Shown here: positions 37,485 through 45,974 of the stretch, piece after piece
Position numbering within the stretch: position 1 is the stretch's first letter
Layout of the letters: each line of letters begins with the position of its first letter
Origin: an uncultured beta proteobacterium
GTDB taxonomy: Bacteria; Pseudomonadota; Gammaproteobacteria; Burkholderiales; Burkholderiaceae_F
Reading direction: 5' to 3'
Length of the DNA stretch: 64,000 bases
Assembly: GCA_963791315.1 (NCBI GenBank)
Contig: CAWBRQ010000003.1
Location: forward strand, 86,339-150,338
Notes under the pieces: generated by a model
Databases searched by the model: none
What the model was told of the DNA's origin: nothing
Seen by the model: only the letters and a program-made list of their open reading frames with translations
Position numbers and translations under genes: made by a program

Positions 37485-37566
37485 GCCTAACCCGGCGGTC
37501 AACGCGGACGCGCCACCGGCGTGGCTTCGCCCGCGCCGTGGTCGCCGGTTACCTTACACGTTAGAT
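37485..37566 (+). repeat. attC site 7 (type B, 82 bp)
   Basis: GCCTAACCCGGCGGTCAACGCGGACGCG...GTCGCCGGTTACCTTACACGTTAGAT. Confidence 0.8.
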
Positions 37567-37612
37567 CGCTGGCAATCTGTGCAAGTGAGCATGATGAAAG
37601 CTCAAGCGCTCA

Positions 37613-37894
37613 ATGTCGTTGATCGCTTTTCTACTTAGCTTTCCAGCTCGATCTCGTGCTTCATTGGCAGCTCGAGAAGCGTGTCAAGCACTCATAGGTA
37701 ATGAGCCGATCATTGGTACGCATGTTTGCGCTGATGAATCGAGTCGGTACGTCGTACGAGTATTTTGGGGAAGACGTAAAGGCCGATTGGAAAAACAGCC
37801 CCCATGGCAGGAGTGCTGGACATTCGCAGTCACAAAGGGCAACAATGCCGCCGAGCGAATCGATGGTGAAAAGTACAGACCCGTTATTCGATAA
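37613..37894 (+). CDS. Small hypothetical ORF to the right of the last clear attC
   Basis: 93 aa in an AT-richer region. The C-terminal two-thirds (YVVRVFWGRRKGRLEKQPPWQECWTFAVTKGNNAAERIDGEKYRP) look protein-like. No RBS or family was recognised. Confidence 0.3.
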   Translation: MSLIAFLLSFPARSRASLAAREACQALIGNEPIIGTHVCADESSRYVVRVFWGRRKGRLEKQPPWQECWTFAVTKGNNAAERIDGEKYRPVIR

Positions 37895-37979
37895 CAATCG
37901 CGCGGCTCAGCGACCCAACAAATGGCTTAGCTCAATAGTTAGACCTCGCTGCAATGCGAGTCCTAGAAGGGAATTTGCT

Positions 37980-38576
37980 ATGAAACGTCCCGTCGCCATT
38001 GTCGCGTTTGCTGCCCAGTTCCTGATGCCGTGTCTCGCGGGTGATCTCGAGGAAGGCGTGAAGTTTCAGCAGCGCAAGGACTATGCAAAGGCAGTCGTCG
38101 CCTTTGAGAGGGCCGCTGCACATGGAAGCGTCGACGCCCAACGGCAACTGGGATTCATGTACTACCACGGAGAGGGTGTCACCCAAGACAATCAGCGCGC
38201 GACCTCACTATTCGAAAGGGCTGCCGAGGCTGGCGACATCCAATCAGCCTCCAACTTGGGCATGATGTACGAGTTCGGAATGGGTGTGCGTCAAGACGAC
38301 AGTCGCGCGGCCTCGTGGTACCAGAGGGCTGCGGAATTGGGGGATCCCGGCTCGCAATTCAGAATCAGCGTGATGTACTACCAAGGCCAAGGCGTGCCTC
38401 GTGATCGTGTCGAGGCTGCGAAGTGGTGGACTATTGCGATGAGTCAAGGACCTGAATGGGCGGAAAAGTTTCGCCCGTCGGTCGCATCGGCGGAGGCCAA
38501 GCTCACACCTGAGGAAAATGCGGAAGGAAAGAGCCGGGCAGCGGAGTGGCTCAATGCGCGCAAGTCCAAGAAGTGA
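37980..38576 (+). CDS. Exported Sel1-repeat (SLR/TPR-like) protein
   Basis: The start is MKRPVAIVAFAAQFLMPCLAG. Four Sel1 repeats follow (A..W...AA..G...AQ..LG.MY..G.GV..D). The upstream part of ORF 37701..38576 is not credible. Confidence 0.8.
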   Translation: MKRPVAIVAFAAQFLMPCLAGDLEEGVKFQQRKDYAKAVVAFERAAAHGSVDAQRQLGFMYYHGEGVTQDNQRATSLFERAAEAGDIQSASNLGMMYEFGMGVRQDDSRAASWYQRAAELGDPGSQFRISVMYYQGQGVPRDRVEAAKWWTIAMSQGPEWAEKFRPSVASAEAKLTPEENAEGKSRAAEWLNARKSKK

Positions 38577-38653
38577 AAGCGCGTCTAGGACTTGGCAATA
38601 GTGTTGGATGCGACTTGGTCGGAAACAATATCGTGTATCGCCCTTCGAGCGAA

Positions 38654-40033
38654 CTACAAGCCAACCGCGTCCGTGACCAGGCGCCTTAATTCGCGGCGCA
38701 ATTTGTCACGCACCGGTGCGAGCTTGCGACTGCGATTCAGGTTGTCGAGCTCGAACGGATCGCTCTCCAGATCGTAGAGTTCGTCGAGCTCCCCCGCCTT
38801 GCCCCGGTTGACCCAATGGATGTACTTGTAGCGATCGGTACGCACCGCTTTGTATGTCATGCCCACCAGCCACGGCATCGCTTGTTCGGCCCAGTATTCA
38901 ATCAGTATCGACTTGCGCCACGCCGCACGGCGGGCGGCAAACAACGGCAGCAACGATCGGCCCTGGATCTGCGAACCCGGTTTACCTCCTGCTAGTTCGA
39001 TCAGCGTCGGCGCGAGGTCCTGGCAGATGACAAGTTCGCGTCGGCGTGAGCCTGCCTTCACCCGGCGCGGATAGCGAACCACGAACGGCGAGCGAATGCC
39101 CTCTTCGTACGCGAAACGCCGCTCGGGACCGAGTGCATGCTCGCCAAAGAAGAAGCCGTTGTCGCTGAAGAAAACAATGAACGTGTTGTCCAGCTCGCCG
39201 CTTTGCTGCAGCACATCGACGATCGCGCCGACTCCCTCATCGACCGCCGCCATCATCCTGGCGCGCAGGCGAATCTCTTCCTGCTCGCCCGATTGCAGCG
39301 CGGACAGGATCGCTTGCGACGCGGGACCTGACTTCAGCGCGAAACTCTCGGCCCACGCCGGCTTGCTCTTGATCACCTCGGCCGGCGGCAACATGTTCGG
39401 TGTGCGCGGGAACACGGCGTCGCGATACAGATCCTTATGGCGCTCCGCGACGACGTAACCCCCTTGTGCCGAGATGCGCAACGTGCCGTCAGCCGCTTGC
39501 TCGGCGTCGGGGTGCACCGCCTTGTGCGCGAAAAAAAGCGAGAACGGCTTCTTGCGCTTGCGCTTCAGAAAATCGACCGCCAGCCCGTTCATGAGGTCGG
39601 TGATGTAGCCGCTGTGCTGCACGTAGTCGCCATCGTGATTCAGCCGCGGGTCATTTAGCTTTCCGTGCCCGTCATAGCTCACCCACGTGTCGTAACCGGG
39701 CCGCGGCATGCCGTCATTGCCCATGTGCCACTTGCCGATGTGAGCGGTCTCGTACCCGAGCCGCTGCAGCTCGAGGTGGTAGTTCGGCAAGCGATGGCTC
39801 ATCGCATCGCGCGCGACGTTGTCGATGATTCCGTGCCGGCTGGCGTACTGACCGCTGACGATCGAAGCGCGATTCGGCGAACAGATCGGCGTCGTGTGAA
39901 AAGCGCGCTCGAAGATCGCGCCTTCGTGCGCAAGCCGATCGATGTGCGGCGTCTTCATGTAGGGATGGCCACCGGCGCCAAACTCGTCGTAGCGCAGATC
40001 GTCAATCAGAATCACGAGAAAATTGGGCTTCAT
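38654..40033 (-). CDS. Cys-type sulfatase (arylsulfatase / N-acetylglucosamine-6-sulfatase-like)
   Basis: MKPNFLVILIDDLRYDE ... the formylglycine motif CSPNRASIVSG ... GKWH. No N-terminal signal peptide is visible. Confidence 0.85.
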   Translation of the reverse strand: MKPNFLVILIDDLRYDEFGAGGHPYMKTPHIDRLAHEGAIFERAFHTTPICSPNRASIVSGQYASRHGIIDNVARDAMSHRLPNYHLELQRLGYETAHIGKWHMGNDGMPRPGYDTWVSYDGHGKLNDPRLNHDGDYVQHSGYITDLMNGLAVDFLKRKRKKPFSLFFAHKAVHPDAEQAADGTLRISAQGGYVVAERHKDLYRDAVFPRTPNMLPPAEVIKSKPAWAESFALKSGPASQAILSALQSGEQEEIRLRARMMAAVDEGVGAIVDVLQQSGELDNTFIVFFSDNGFFFGEHALGPERRFAYEEGIRSPFVVRYPRRVKAGSRRRELVICQDLAPTLIELAGGKPGSQIQGRSLLPLFAARRAAWRKSILIEYWAEQAMPWLVGMTYKAVRTDRYKYIHWVNRGKAGELDELYDLESDPFELDNLNRSRKLAPVRDKLRRELRRLVTDAVGL

Positions 40034-40119
40034 GCAAGCGTCGCGACGTGGTGGACGTGTGTCGCATCGTACGTCAGTGCTCGCCGTGTAGATTGCAGAC
40101 GAGACCGTTCAGTGAACAG

Positions 40120-40539
40120 ATGCGCCAGGCCCATACCAGCTTGCAAATACAAACGCCCGGCCGCGCGTTCGTCGAGATCACGCGCGACATCCAAAGCTGG
40201 GTGCGTGACTGCAAGATCGCCGACGGGTTGCTGACCGTTTTCATCCGGCATACGTCGGCAAGCCTGCTGATTCAGGAAAACGCCGACCCGGAAGTGGTGC
40301 GCGATCTGGAGCGGTTCTTTGCACGTCTGGTTCCCGATGGCGATCCGTTGTTCGAGCACCGTGCCGAAGGCGCCGACGACATGCCGGCACATGTTCGCGC
40401 TGCGCTGACTCAAACTCAGCTATCGATTCCGGTTGTCGGAGGCGACCCTGTGCTCGGAACCTGGCAGGGCATCTATCTCGTCGAGCACAGAACTCGTGCT
40501 CATCGGCGTGAAGTCATGCTGCATCTAATTGGGCAATAG
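40120..40539 (+). CDS. YjbQ/UPF0047 family protein (secondary thiamine-phosphate synthase-like)
   Basis: The start is MRQAHTSLQIQTPGRAFVEITRDIQ..., followed by GLLTVFIRHTSASLLIQENADPEV...DDMPAHVRAALT...LGTWQGIYLVEHR. Confidence 0.8.
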   Translation: MRQAHTSLQIQTPGRAFVEITRDIQSWVRDCKIADGLLTVFIRHTSASLLIQENADPEVVRDLERFFARLVPDGDPLFEHRAEGADDMPAHVRAALTQTQLSIPVVGGDPVLGTWQGIYLVEHRTRAHRREVMLHLIGQ

Positions 40540-40592
40540 CGAGCGTGCGATTATTGGAGCTCGATTCGTGACAGCGGGAGTTCTGATCAGCG

Positions 40593-41966
40593 ATGGCTCG
40601 TAACACTCAAGTGGCCGCCGACCACGACGCGCCGCCGATCACGCAGATTCTGGCGCGCTTCGTTGCGGAGCATCCGTCGCGCGGGTGGACCGACGCGGTG
40701 GACAAAGAGGCGCACCGCACGCTGCTCAACTGGATCGGCTGCGCGGTCGGTGCCGCGAAGCATGAAGCCGCAGACGCGGCTCTGGCCGCGGTGCGGATGT
40801 TGCAGCCGGCGGCGCAAGCGACTGTGCTCGGCCGCGCCGAACGTGTGGACATTGCGAGCGCCGCACTTGTCAATGGCATCACTTCGCACACATTCGACTT
40901 CGACGACACGCACCTAAAAACAATCATTCATCCGGCCGGCCCGGTCGCCTCGGCGGCGGTCGCGCTCGCCGAGCTGATCGGCGCATCGGGGCGCGAGCTG
41001 ATCGATTCGCTGGTGCTGGGTATCGACGTTGCGTGCCGGATCGGCAACACGATGTATCCGGATCATTACGACCGCGGTTGGCACATCACGGGTTCGACCG
41101 GCATGTTGGGAGCGGCTGCCGCCAGCGCGCGATTGTTGAAGCTCGATCAGCAACGGACTGCGATGGCGCTTGGCATCGCCGCGTCTCAACCAATCGGCGT
41201 ACGCGAACAGTTCGGCACGATGACGAAGCCGTTTCACCCCGGCGGCGCGGCGCGAGCAGGGTTGATGGCTGCGTTGCTTGCGAAGAACGGATTCACCGCG
41301 AGCGCAAAGGCGATCGAAGCACCGCGAGGTTTGGTGCAGGTCGTGTCGGACAAGCGCAGTTGGAGTGAAGTCACCGACGAACTGGGTGAGCGCTTCGAGA
41401 TATCGTTCAACACCTACAAGCCATTTGCGTGCGGCATCGTCATTCACCCGAGCATTGACGCGTGCGTGCAGTTGCGCGAGCGTGGCGTGCGGGCCGAGCA
41501 AGTCGAGCGTATCGAGCTCAAGGTGCACTCGCTGGTGCTGGAGCTGACCGGCAAAAAAGAGCCGGCGGATGGACTGCAAGGCAAGTTCAGCGTGTATCAC
41601 GGTTGCGCGGTTGGGCTTATTTTTGGACGCGCAGGCGAGCACGAGTTCTCGGATGCGGTCGTCAACCGGCCGGATGTCGTCGAGCTACGGCGCAAGATTG
41701 TGGCGACCGTCGATCAGAACATCGACGAAGCATCGGTCGACGTGACGGCGATACTCGGCGGCGCCAGGCGCGAACACGTCTTTGTCGAGCACGCAATCGG
41801 CTCGCTGCAGCGCCCGATGACCGATGCACAGCTCGAAGCGAAGTTCACGGAGCTGAGCGCTCCTGTCATCGGCGCCGACAAGACGAAAGCGCTGATCGCG
41901 GCGGCATGGAAGATCGGAGATGCCGCTGATGTCCGTGGAATGACCGCGATCGCACGGCCGCAGTGA
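40593..41966 (+). CDS. MmgE/PrpD family protein (2-methylcitrate dehydratase-like)
   Basis: 457 aa, with LLNWIGCAVGA, HTFDFDDTH, HPAGPV and WHITGSTGMLGAAAA as PrpD-family hallmarks. Confidence 0.85.
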   Translation: MARNTQVAADHDAPPITQILARFVAEHPSRGWTDAVDKEAHRTLLNWIGCAVGAAKHEAADAALAAVRMLQPAAQATVLGRAERVDIASAALVNGITSHTFDFDDTHLKTIIHPAGPVASAAVALAELIGASGRELIDSLVLGIDVACRIGNTMYPDHYDRGWHITGSTGMLGAAAASARLLKLDQQRTAMALGIAASQPIGVREQFGTMTKPFHPGGAARAGLMAALLAKNGFTASAKAIEAPRGLVQVVSDKRSWSEVTDELGERFEISFNTYKPFACGIVIHPSIDACVQLRERGVRAEQVERIELKVHSLVLELTGKKEPADGLQGKFSVYHGCAVGLIFGRAGEHEFSDAVVNRPDVVELRRKIVATVDQNIDEASVDVTAILGGARREHVFVEHAIGSLQRPMTDAQLEAKFTELSAPVIGADKTKALIAAAWKIGDAADVRGMTAIARPQ

Positions 41967-42944
41967 ACACCCAGCGTCCGCGCATCGTAGTGCTCGATGA
42001 CTACGAGCGGGCGCTGCGACGTCTGGCGGACTGGTCCGAGATTGACCGTCGGGCCGACGTGGACATCTATCACGATCCACTACGCGGCGATACGCTGTAC
42101 GCCGCAATAGCCGATGCTGACGTGATCGTGCTGGTACGTGATCGCACGCCGTTGCGCGCTCAGTTGATTGAGCGTCTGCCGAAGTTGCGCTACGTGATCT
42201 TTACCGGCGCTCGCAACAATGCGCTCGACGCAGCGGCGTTAGCCGCGCGCGGCATCCCGGTCAGCCATACCGAATGGGGCCCGTCGAAGGAAAGCACGTG
42301 CGAGCTGACATGGACGCTGATTCTTGCTGCGAGCAAGCGACTCGAAGCAAAGTTGGCGGCAATGCGCACTGGCGGTTGGCGTGACGATCAACCGCTGCCG
42401 GGTGTGCTGGGCGGTGAGCGACTGGGTCTGATCGGACTCGGTGAGATCGGTGGTCGGGTTGCGCGCGTCGCCCAAGCTTTCGGCATGCAGGTCGTTGCGT
42501 GGAGTCCGCGCATGACGCCCGAGCGCGCCGCTGAAAAGGGTGCGACGGCGGTGTCGATCGAAGAATTGCTTTCGACATCGAGAGTCGTGAGTCTGCATCT
42601 GGTGCCGACCGATCAGACGCGTGGACTGTTAAATCCGGCGCGGCTGGCGCTTGATGCGCGATGATGCAATTCTGGTCAACACGTCGCGCTCGGCGTTGAT
42701 CGATATGGCGTCGCTGCTGGCGGCTTTGGGCGCAGGTCGGCCCGCGATCGCGGCGCTCGATGTATACGACGACGAGCCACTGGCAGCCGATCATCCGCTG
42801 CGCTCGCTGAAGAACGTTGTGCTGACTCCGCACATTGGCTTCGTGTCGCAGCCAGTATTCGAGGCGTTCGCCCGCGGTGTCAATGAATGCCTGATGGCGT
42901 GGTTGCGTGGTGAGCCGATCGTGCGCCAGTTGAAAATCGACTGA
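41963..42944 (+). pseudogene. D-isomer-specific 2-hydroxyacid dehydrogenase, frameshifted near 42652
   Basis: ORF 41963..42664 holds the catalytic and NAD domains (GLIGLGEIGGRVARVAQAFGMQV). It continues in ORF 42651..42944 ([13 protein letters not shown]...LDVYDDEPL...LTPHIGF). Deleting one G in CTT-G-ATG restores [16 protein letters not shown]. The GTGA start overlaps the prpD-like stop. Confidence 0.75.
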
Positions 42945-42952
42945 CTCCGTCG

Positions 42953-43843
42953 ATGCGCGTTCTGGTGCTGGGCGGCGCGGGTTTTATCGGACGCCATGCC
43001 GTGGCAGCGCTGCTTGGCCGTCGGCACGAAGTCATCATCGGTAGCCGATACCCTGACCGCGCCGCGCGTCGTCTGCCGTTGCAAGCGCATCGATGTGAGC
43101 GCCGCGCAGTGCGATTCGAGCAACTGTTGACCGCCGATGCCTGGCGGCCGCTACTCGCAGATGTCGAAGTCGTGCTGAACTGCGTCGGCATCCTGCGCCA
43201 GCGTGGCGCCGAAACGTACGAGAAAGTGCATCATCGGGCGCCGGCAGCGCTCGCGGATGCCTGCGGCCTGGTCGGTGTTCGGCGTTTGGTACATGTGTCC
43301 GCGCTTGGGCTCGATCAGCACGTAACGAGCGGTTTTCTGATATCGAAGCGGCACGGCGAAGCGGCGCTGCGAGCGCGTTCCTTAGATTGCGTGATCGTGC
43401 GTCCGTCGTTACTCAATGGCGCCGATGGCTATGGCGCGCGCTGGTTCCGCCAGGTTGCGCGCTGGCCGGTTCACTTCATTCCCGCCAGTGCGCTCGGGCG
43501 CGTCGCCCCGCTTGACGTCGATGATCTCGGAATCGCGCTGACGGTGCTGTGCGAAATCGACAATCCTCCATCGCGCGAGATTGAACTCGGTGGCACCGCG
43601 CTTGTGTCGATCCGCGAATACCTCGCGCTGTTACGCGTCGAGCAGTGCGGCGTGAACGCCCGGCCCGCGATGACGATCACTCTTCCGCATTGGCTGGCGC
43701 GGATCGGTAGTCACGCCTGCGACCTGCTGCACGTGACGCCGTTTTCGTTCGGCCATCTGCAGCTGATGCAGCACGACAATGTGCCGCGCGTGAACCACTT
43801 GTCGCAGCTACTGCAGGTCACGGGAAAAACGCAAGAAAAATAA
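42953..43843 (+). CDS. NAD(P)-binding SDR-family / NmrA-like epimerase-dehydratase fold protein
   Basis: The N-terminus is MRVLVLGGAGFIGRHAVAALLGRRHEV (Rossmann GxxGxxG). 296 aa. Confidence 0.75.
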   Translation: MRVLVLGGAGFIGRHAVAALLGRRHEVIIGSRYPDRAARRLPLQAHRCERRAVRFEQLLTADAWRPLLADVEVVLNCVGILRQRGAETYEKVHHRAPAALADACGLVGVRRLVHVSALGLDQHVTSGFLISKRHGEAALRARSLDCVIVRPSLLNGADGYGARWFRQVARWPVHFIPASALGRVAPLDVDDLGIALTVLCEIDNPPSREIELGGTALVSIREYLALLRVEQCGVNARPAMTITLPHWLARIGSHACDLLHVTPFSFGHLQLMQHDNVPRVNHLSQLLQVTGKTQEK

Positions 43844-44906
43844 ACGCCGCGAACAACACCAGGTGGACCGCACCCTGCATCACGGTCGCGCGGCCGCTGC
43901 CCAGTGTCAGCACCGCGACGACAAACGTCATCACCAGTAACACCGCTTCTTTCGCTGGAATGCCGAGTTCGAGCGGCATGCCGGTCACAATCGACAGGAG
44001 CGCGACCGTGGGGATGGTCAGGCCGATACAAGCGATCGCCGATCCGATGCCGAGATTCAGGCTGGTTTGCAATCGGTTGCGAGCAGCGGCGCGCACGGCG
44101 GCCGCGGTTTCAGGTAGCAGCACCAGCATTGCGATGGCAATACCAACGACAGCCAGCGGCGCCGATGCGGCGGCGACACCGGCTTCGATCGACGGCGCGA
44201 GTGCTTTCGCGAGACCGACCACTGCTAACAAGCTGATCGCAAGCAAGCCCAGGCTCGTCATTGCAATCTTCCGCGACGGCGGCGAAGCGTGGCTGGCTTC
44301 ATTTCCCACATCCGACGGCAGAAAGTAGTCGCGATGCCGCACCGTCTGCACGAATACGAAGATGCCGTAAAGCGCCAGCGACATGACACCGGCGAATGCC
44401 AGTTGCAGCGTCGAAAACGACGGACCGGGAGTCGTTGTCGTATAGGCGGGCACGACCAGTGTCAGCGTCGCCAGCGCAACCAATACCGCCAGCGCGGGAC
44501 TGGTGCCTTCGATCCGATATTCAAGCTCCCGGTGGCGCAAGCCACCGACCACCAGGCACAGGCCGATGATGCCGGTATTCGTGATCATCACAGCCGCGAA
44601 CACGGCGTCGCGCGCGACGATCGCCGCCGTCGGACCGCCAGCGAGCATTACCGAAATGATCAGTCCGACTTCGATCACCGTGACCGCTACCGCCAGAATC
44701 AGCGTGCCGAAAGGTTCGCCGACGCGCAGTGCGACGACCTCGGCGTGGTGCACGGCGGCCAGCACCGCGGCGACCAACGCCAGCGCGACGACCGTGATCA
44801 GCACCCATCCAAGCGGCCGGTTCCAGACGATCGCCAGCGCAATGACGGCCGCGATCGGCACGCCGATGCTCCAGCGCGGAAGTGCGTGCGAAAATTCAGT
44901 GGTCAT
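43818..44906 (-). CDS. chaA: Calcium/proton antiporter ChaA (CaCA family)
   Basis: The start is the ATG at 44906 (MTTEFSHALPRW...). 362 aa with about 11 TM segments. HHAEVVALRVGEPFGTLILAVAVTVIEV and LLPETAAAVRAA...GAVHLVLFAAF align well to what I recall of E. coli ChaA. Confidence 0.8.
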   Translation of the reverse strand: MTTEFSHALPRWSIGVPIAAVIALAIVWNRPLGWVLITVVALALVAAVLAAVHHAEVVALRVGEPFGTLILAVAVTVIEVGLIISVMLAGGPTAAIVARDAVFAAVMITNTGIIGLCLVVGGLRHRELEYRIEGTSPALAVLVALATLTLVVPAYTTTTPGPSFSTLQLAFAGVMSLALYGIFVFVQTVRHRDYFLPSDVGNEASHASPPSRKIAMTSLGLLAISLLAVVGLAKALAPSIEAGVAAASAPLAVVGIAIAMLVLLPETAAAVRAAARNRLQTSLNLGIGSAIACIGLTIPTVALLSIVTGMPLELGIPAKEAVLLVMTFVVAVLTLGSGRATVMQGAVHLVLFAAFIFLAFFP

Positions 44907-45011
44907 TGTTTGCTTCGCGAAGTTGTCATGCAGGCCAAGGATACCGTCGCCACGGTAATTTCTAGCGATGTTATCGAGATGCCGCGCTACCGAATCGTGC
45001 AGGACTATCAG

Positions 45012-45974
45012 ATGAGCGCTTCCGCGCGCAGCACATCTTCTCCATGGCCAGAGCTGCCTCTTGCTGCATGGAGCGACACGTACCAGACCCTGCACTTATG
45101 GCTGCAAATTGTCGGCAAGGTGCGGCTGGCAGCGACTCCTTGGATTAATCATTCATGGCACGCCACGCTGTATGTGACGGCCAGAGGATTGACGACTTCA
45201 CCGATCACCATCGGCACGCGGACCTTACAGATCGACTTCGATTTCATCGATCACCGGTTGATGGTTCAAACGAGCGATGGTCGTACCGACGGATTTGCGC
45301 TCGTGCCGATGTCTGTCGCGACGTTTTACGCGCGTTTGATGAAGCAGCTCGAAAAGCTCGATATCAATCTGAGCATTTATCCGCTTCCGAACGAAATCGA
45401 GAATCCGATTCGCTTCGATCACGATGAAGTGCACCACGCCTACGATGCCGAATACGCCAATCGATTCTGGCGCGCGCTGGTGCAGGCCGACCGCGTTTTC
45501 AAGCAATTTCGCGCCCGATTCATAGGCAAGGGGAGTCCGGTGCATTTGTTCTGGGGCGCACCGGACCTGGCGGTCACGCGCTTCTCGGGGCGGCGCGCGC
45601 CCGTGCACCCGGGTGGCATTCCCCATCTACCCGATTGGGTGACACGCGAAGCCTATTCGCACGAAGTGAGCAGCTGCGGCTTCTGGCCCGGCGGCGGCGC
45701 GATCGCGTATCCGGCGTTTTATTCGTACGCTTATCCGGAGCCGCCGGATTTCACACAGGCGCGGATAAATCCCGACGCCGCGTTCTACAGCATCGATCTG
45801 CACGAATTCATTCTGCCGTACGACGCCGTGCGCCAATCGACATCGCCGGATGCGACCCTGCTCGAATTTTTGCAGACGACGTATGAAGCGGCAGCGAATT
45901 TGGCCAAATGGGATCGCGCGTCACTCGAGCGCGATGACACCGCAATTCCAGAAGGTGCTACGCGAGAAACTTAA
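45012..45974 (+). CDS. DUF5996 family protein
   Basis: WPELPLAAWSDTYQTLHLWLQIVGKVRLAATPWINHSWHATLYVTARGLTTSPI is the conserved N-terminal block. The start is ambiguous (ATG at 44979 or 45012). The first about 230 codons of ORF 44289..45974 are antisense to chaA and are rejected. Confidence 0.7.
   Translation: MSASARSTSSPWPELPLAAWSDTYQTLHLWLQIVGKVRLAATPWINHSWHATLYVTARGLTTSPITIGTRTLQIDFDFIDHRLMVQTSDGRTDGFALVPMSVATFYARLMKQLEKLDINLSIYPLPNEIENPIRFDHDEVHHAYDAEYANRFWRALVQADRVFKQFRARFIGKGSPVHLFWGAPDLAVTRFSGRRAPVHPGGIPHLPDWVTREAYSHEVSSCGFWPGGGAIAYPAFYSYAYPEPPDFTQARINPDAAFYSIDLHEFILPYDAVRQSTSPDATLLEFLQTTYEAAANLAKWDRASLERDDTAIPEGATRET

Larger units (their letters stand above)
33230..37566 (+). mobile_element. 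Integron gene-cassette array without an integrase in the window (CALIN-type): 7 attC sites and 7 cassettes
   Basis: Seven RYYYAAC...GTTRRRY elements of 60-82 bp lie at 480-840 bp intervals, all in the same orientation. Each is preceded by one plus-strand ORF. The region looks lower in GC by eye. No tyrosine recombinase was seen in any frame of the 64-kb window. Confidence 0.8.

Noticed and set aside
33640-37566. Regularly spaced repeats of about 78 bp that could be read as a CRISPR array
   Set aside because: The repeats are too long and the spacers far too long (0.5-0.8 kb), and each spacer contains an ORF. The repeats are imperfect palindromes bounded by RYYYAAC/GTTRRRY. They are attC sites, not CRISPR repeats.
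44289-45011. The N-terminal 240 codons of the 561-aa ORF 44289..45974
   Set aside because: This part is antisense to chaA and is Arg/Asp/His-rich. The conserved DUF5996 block starts only after the ATG at 44979 or 45012.
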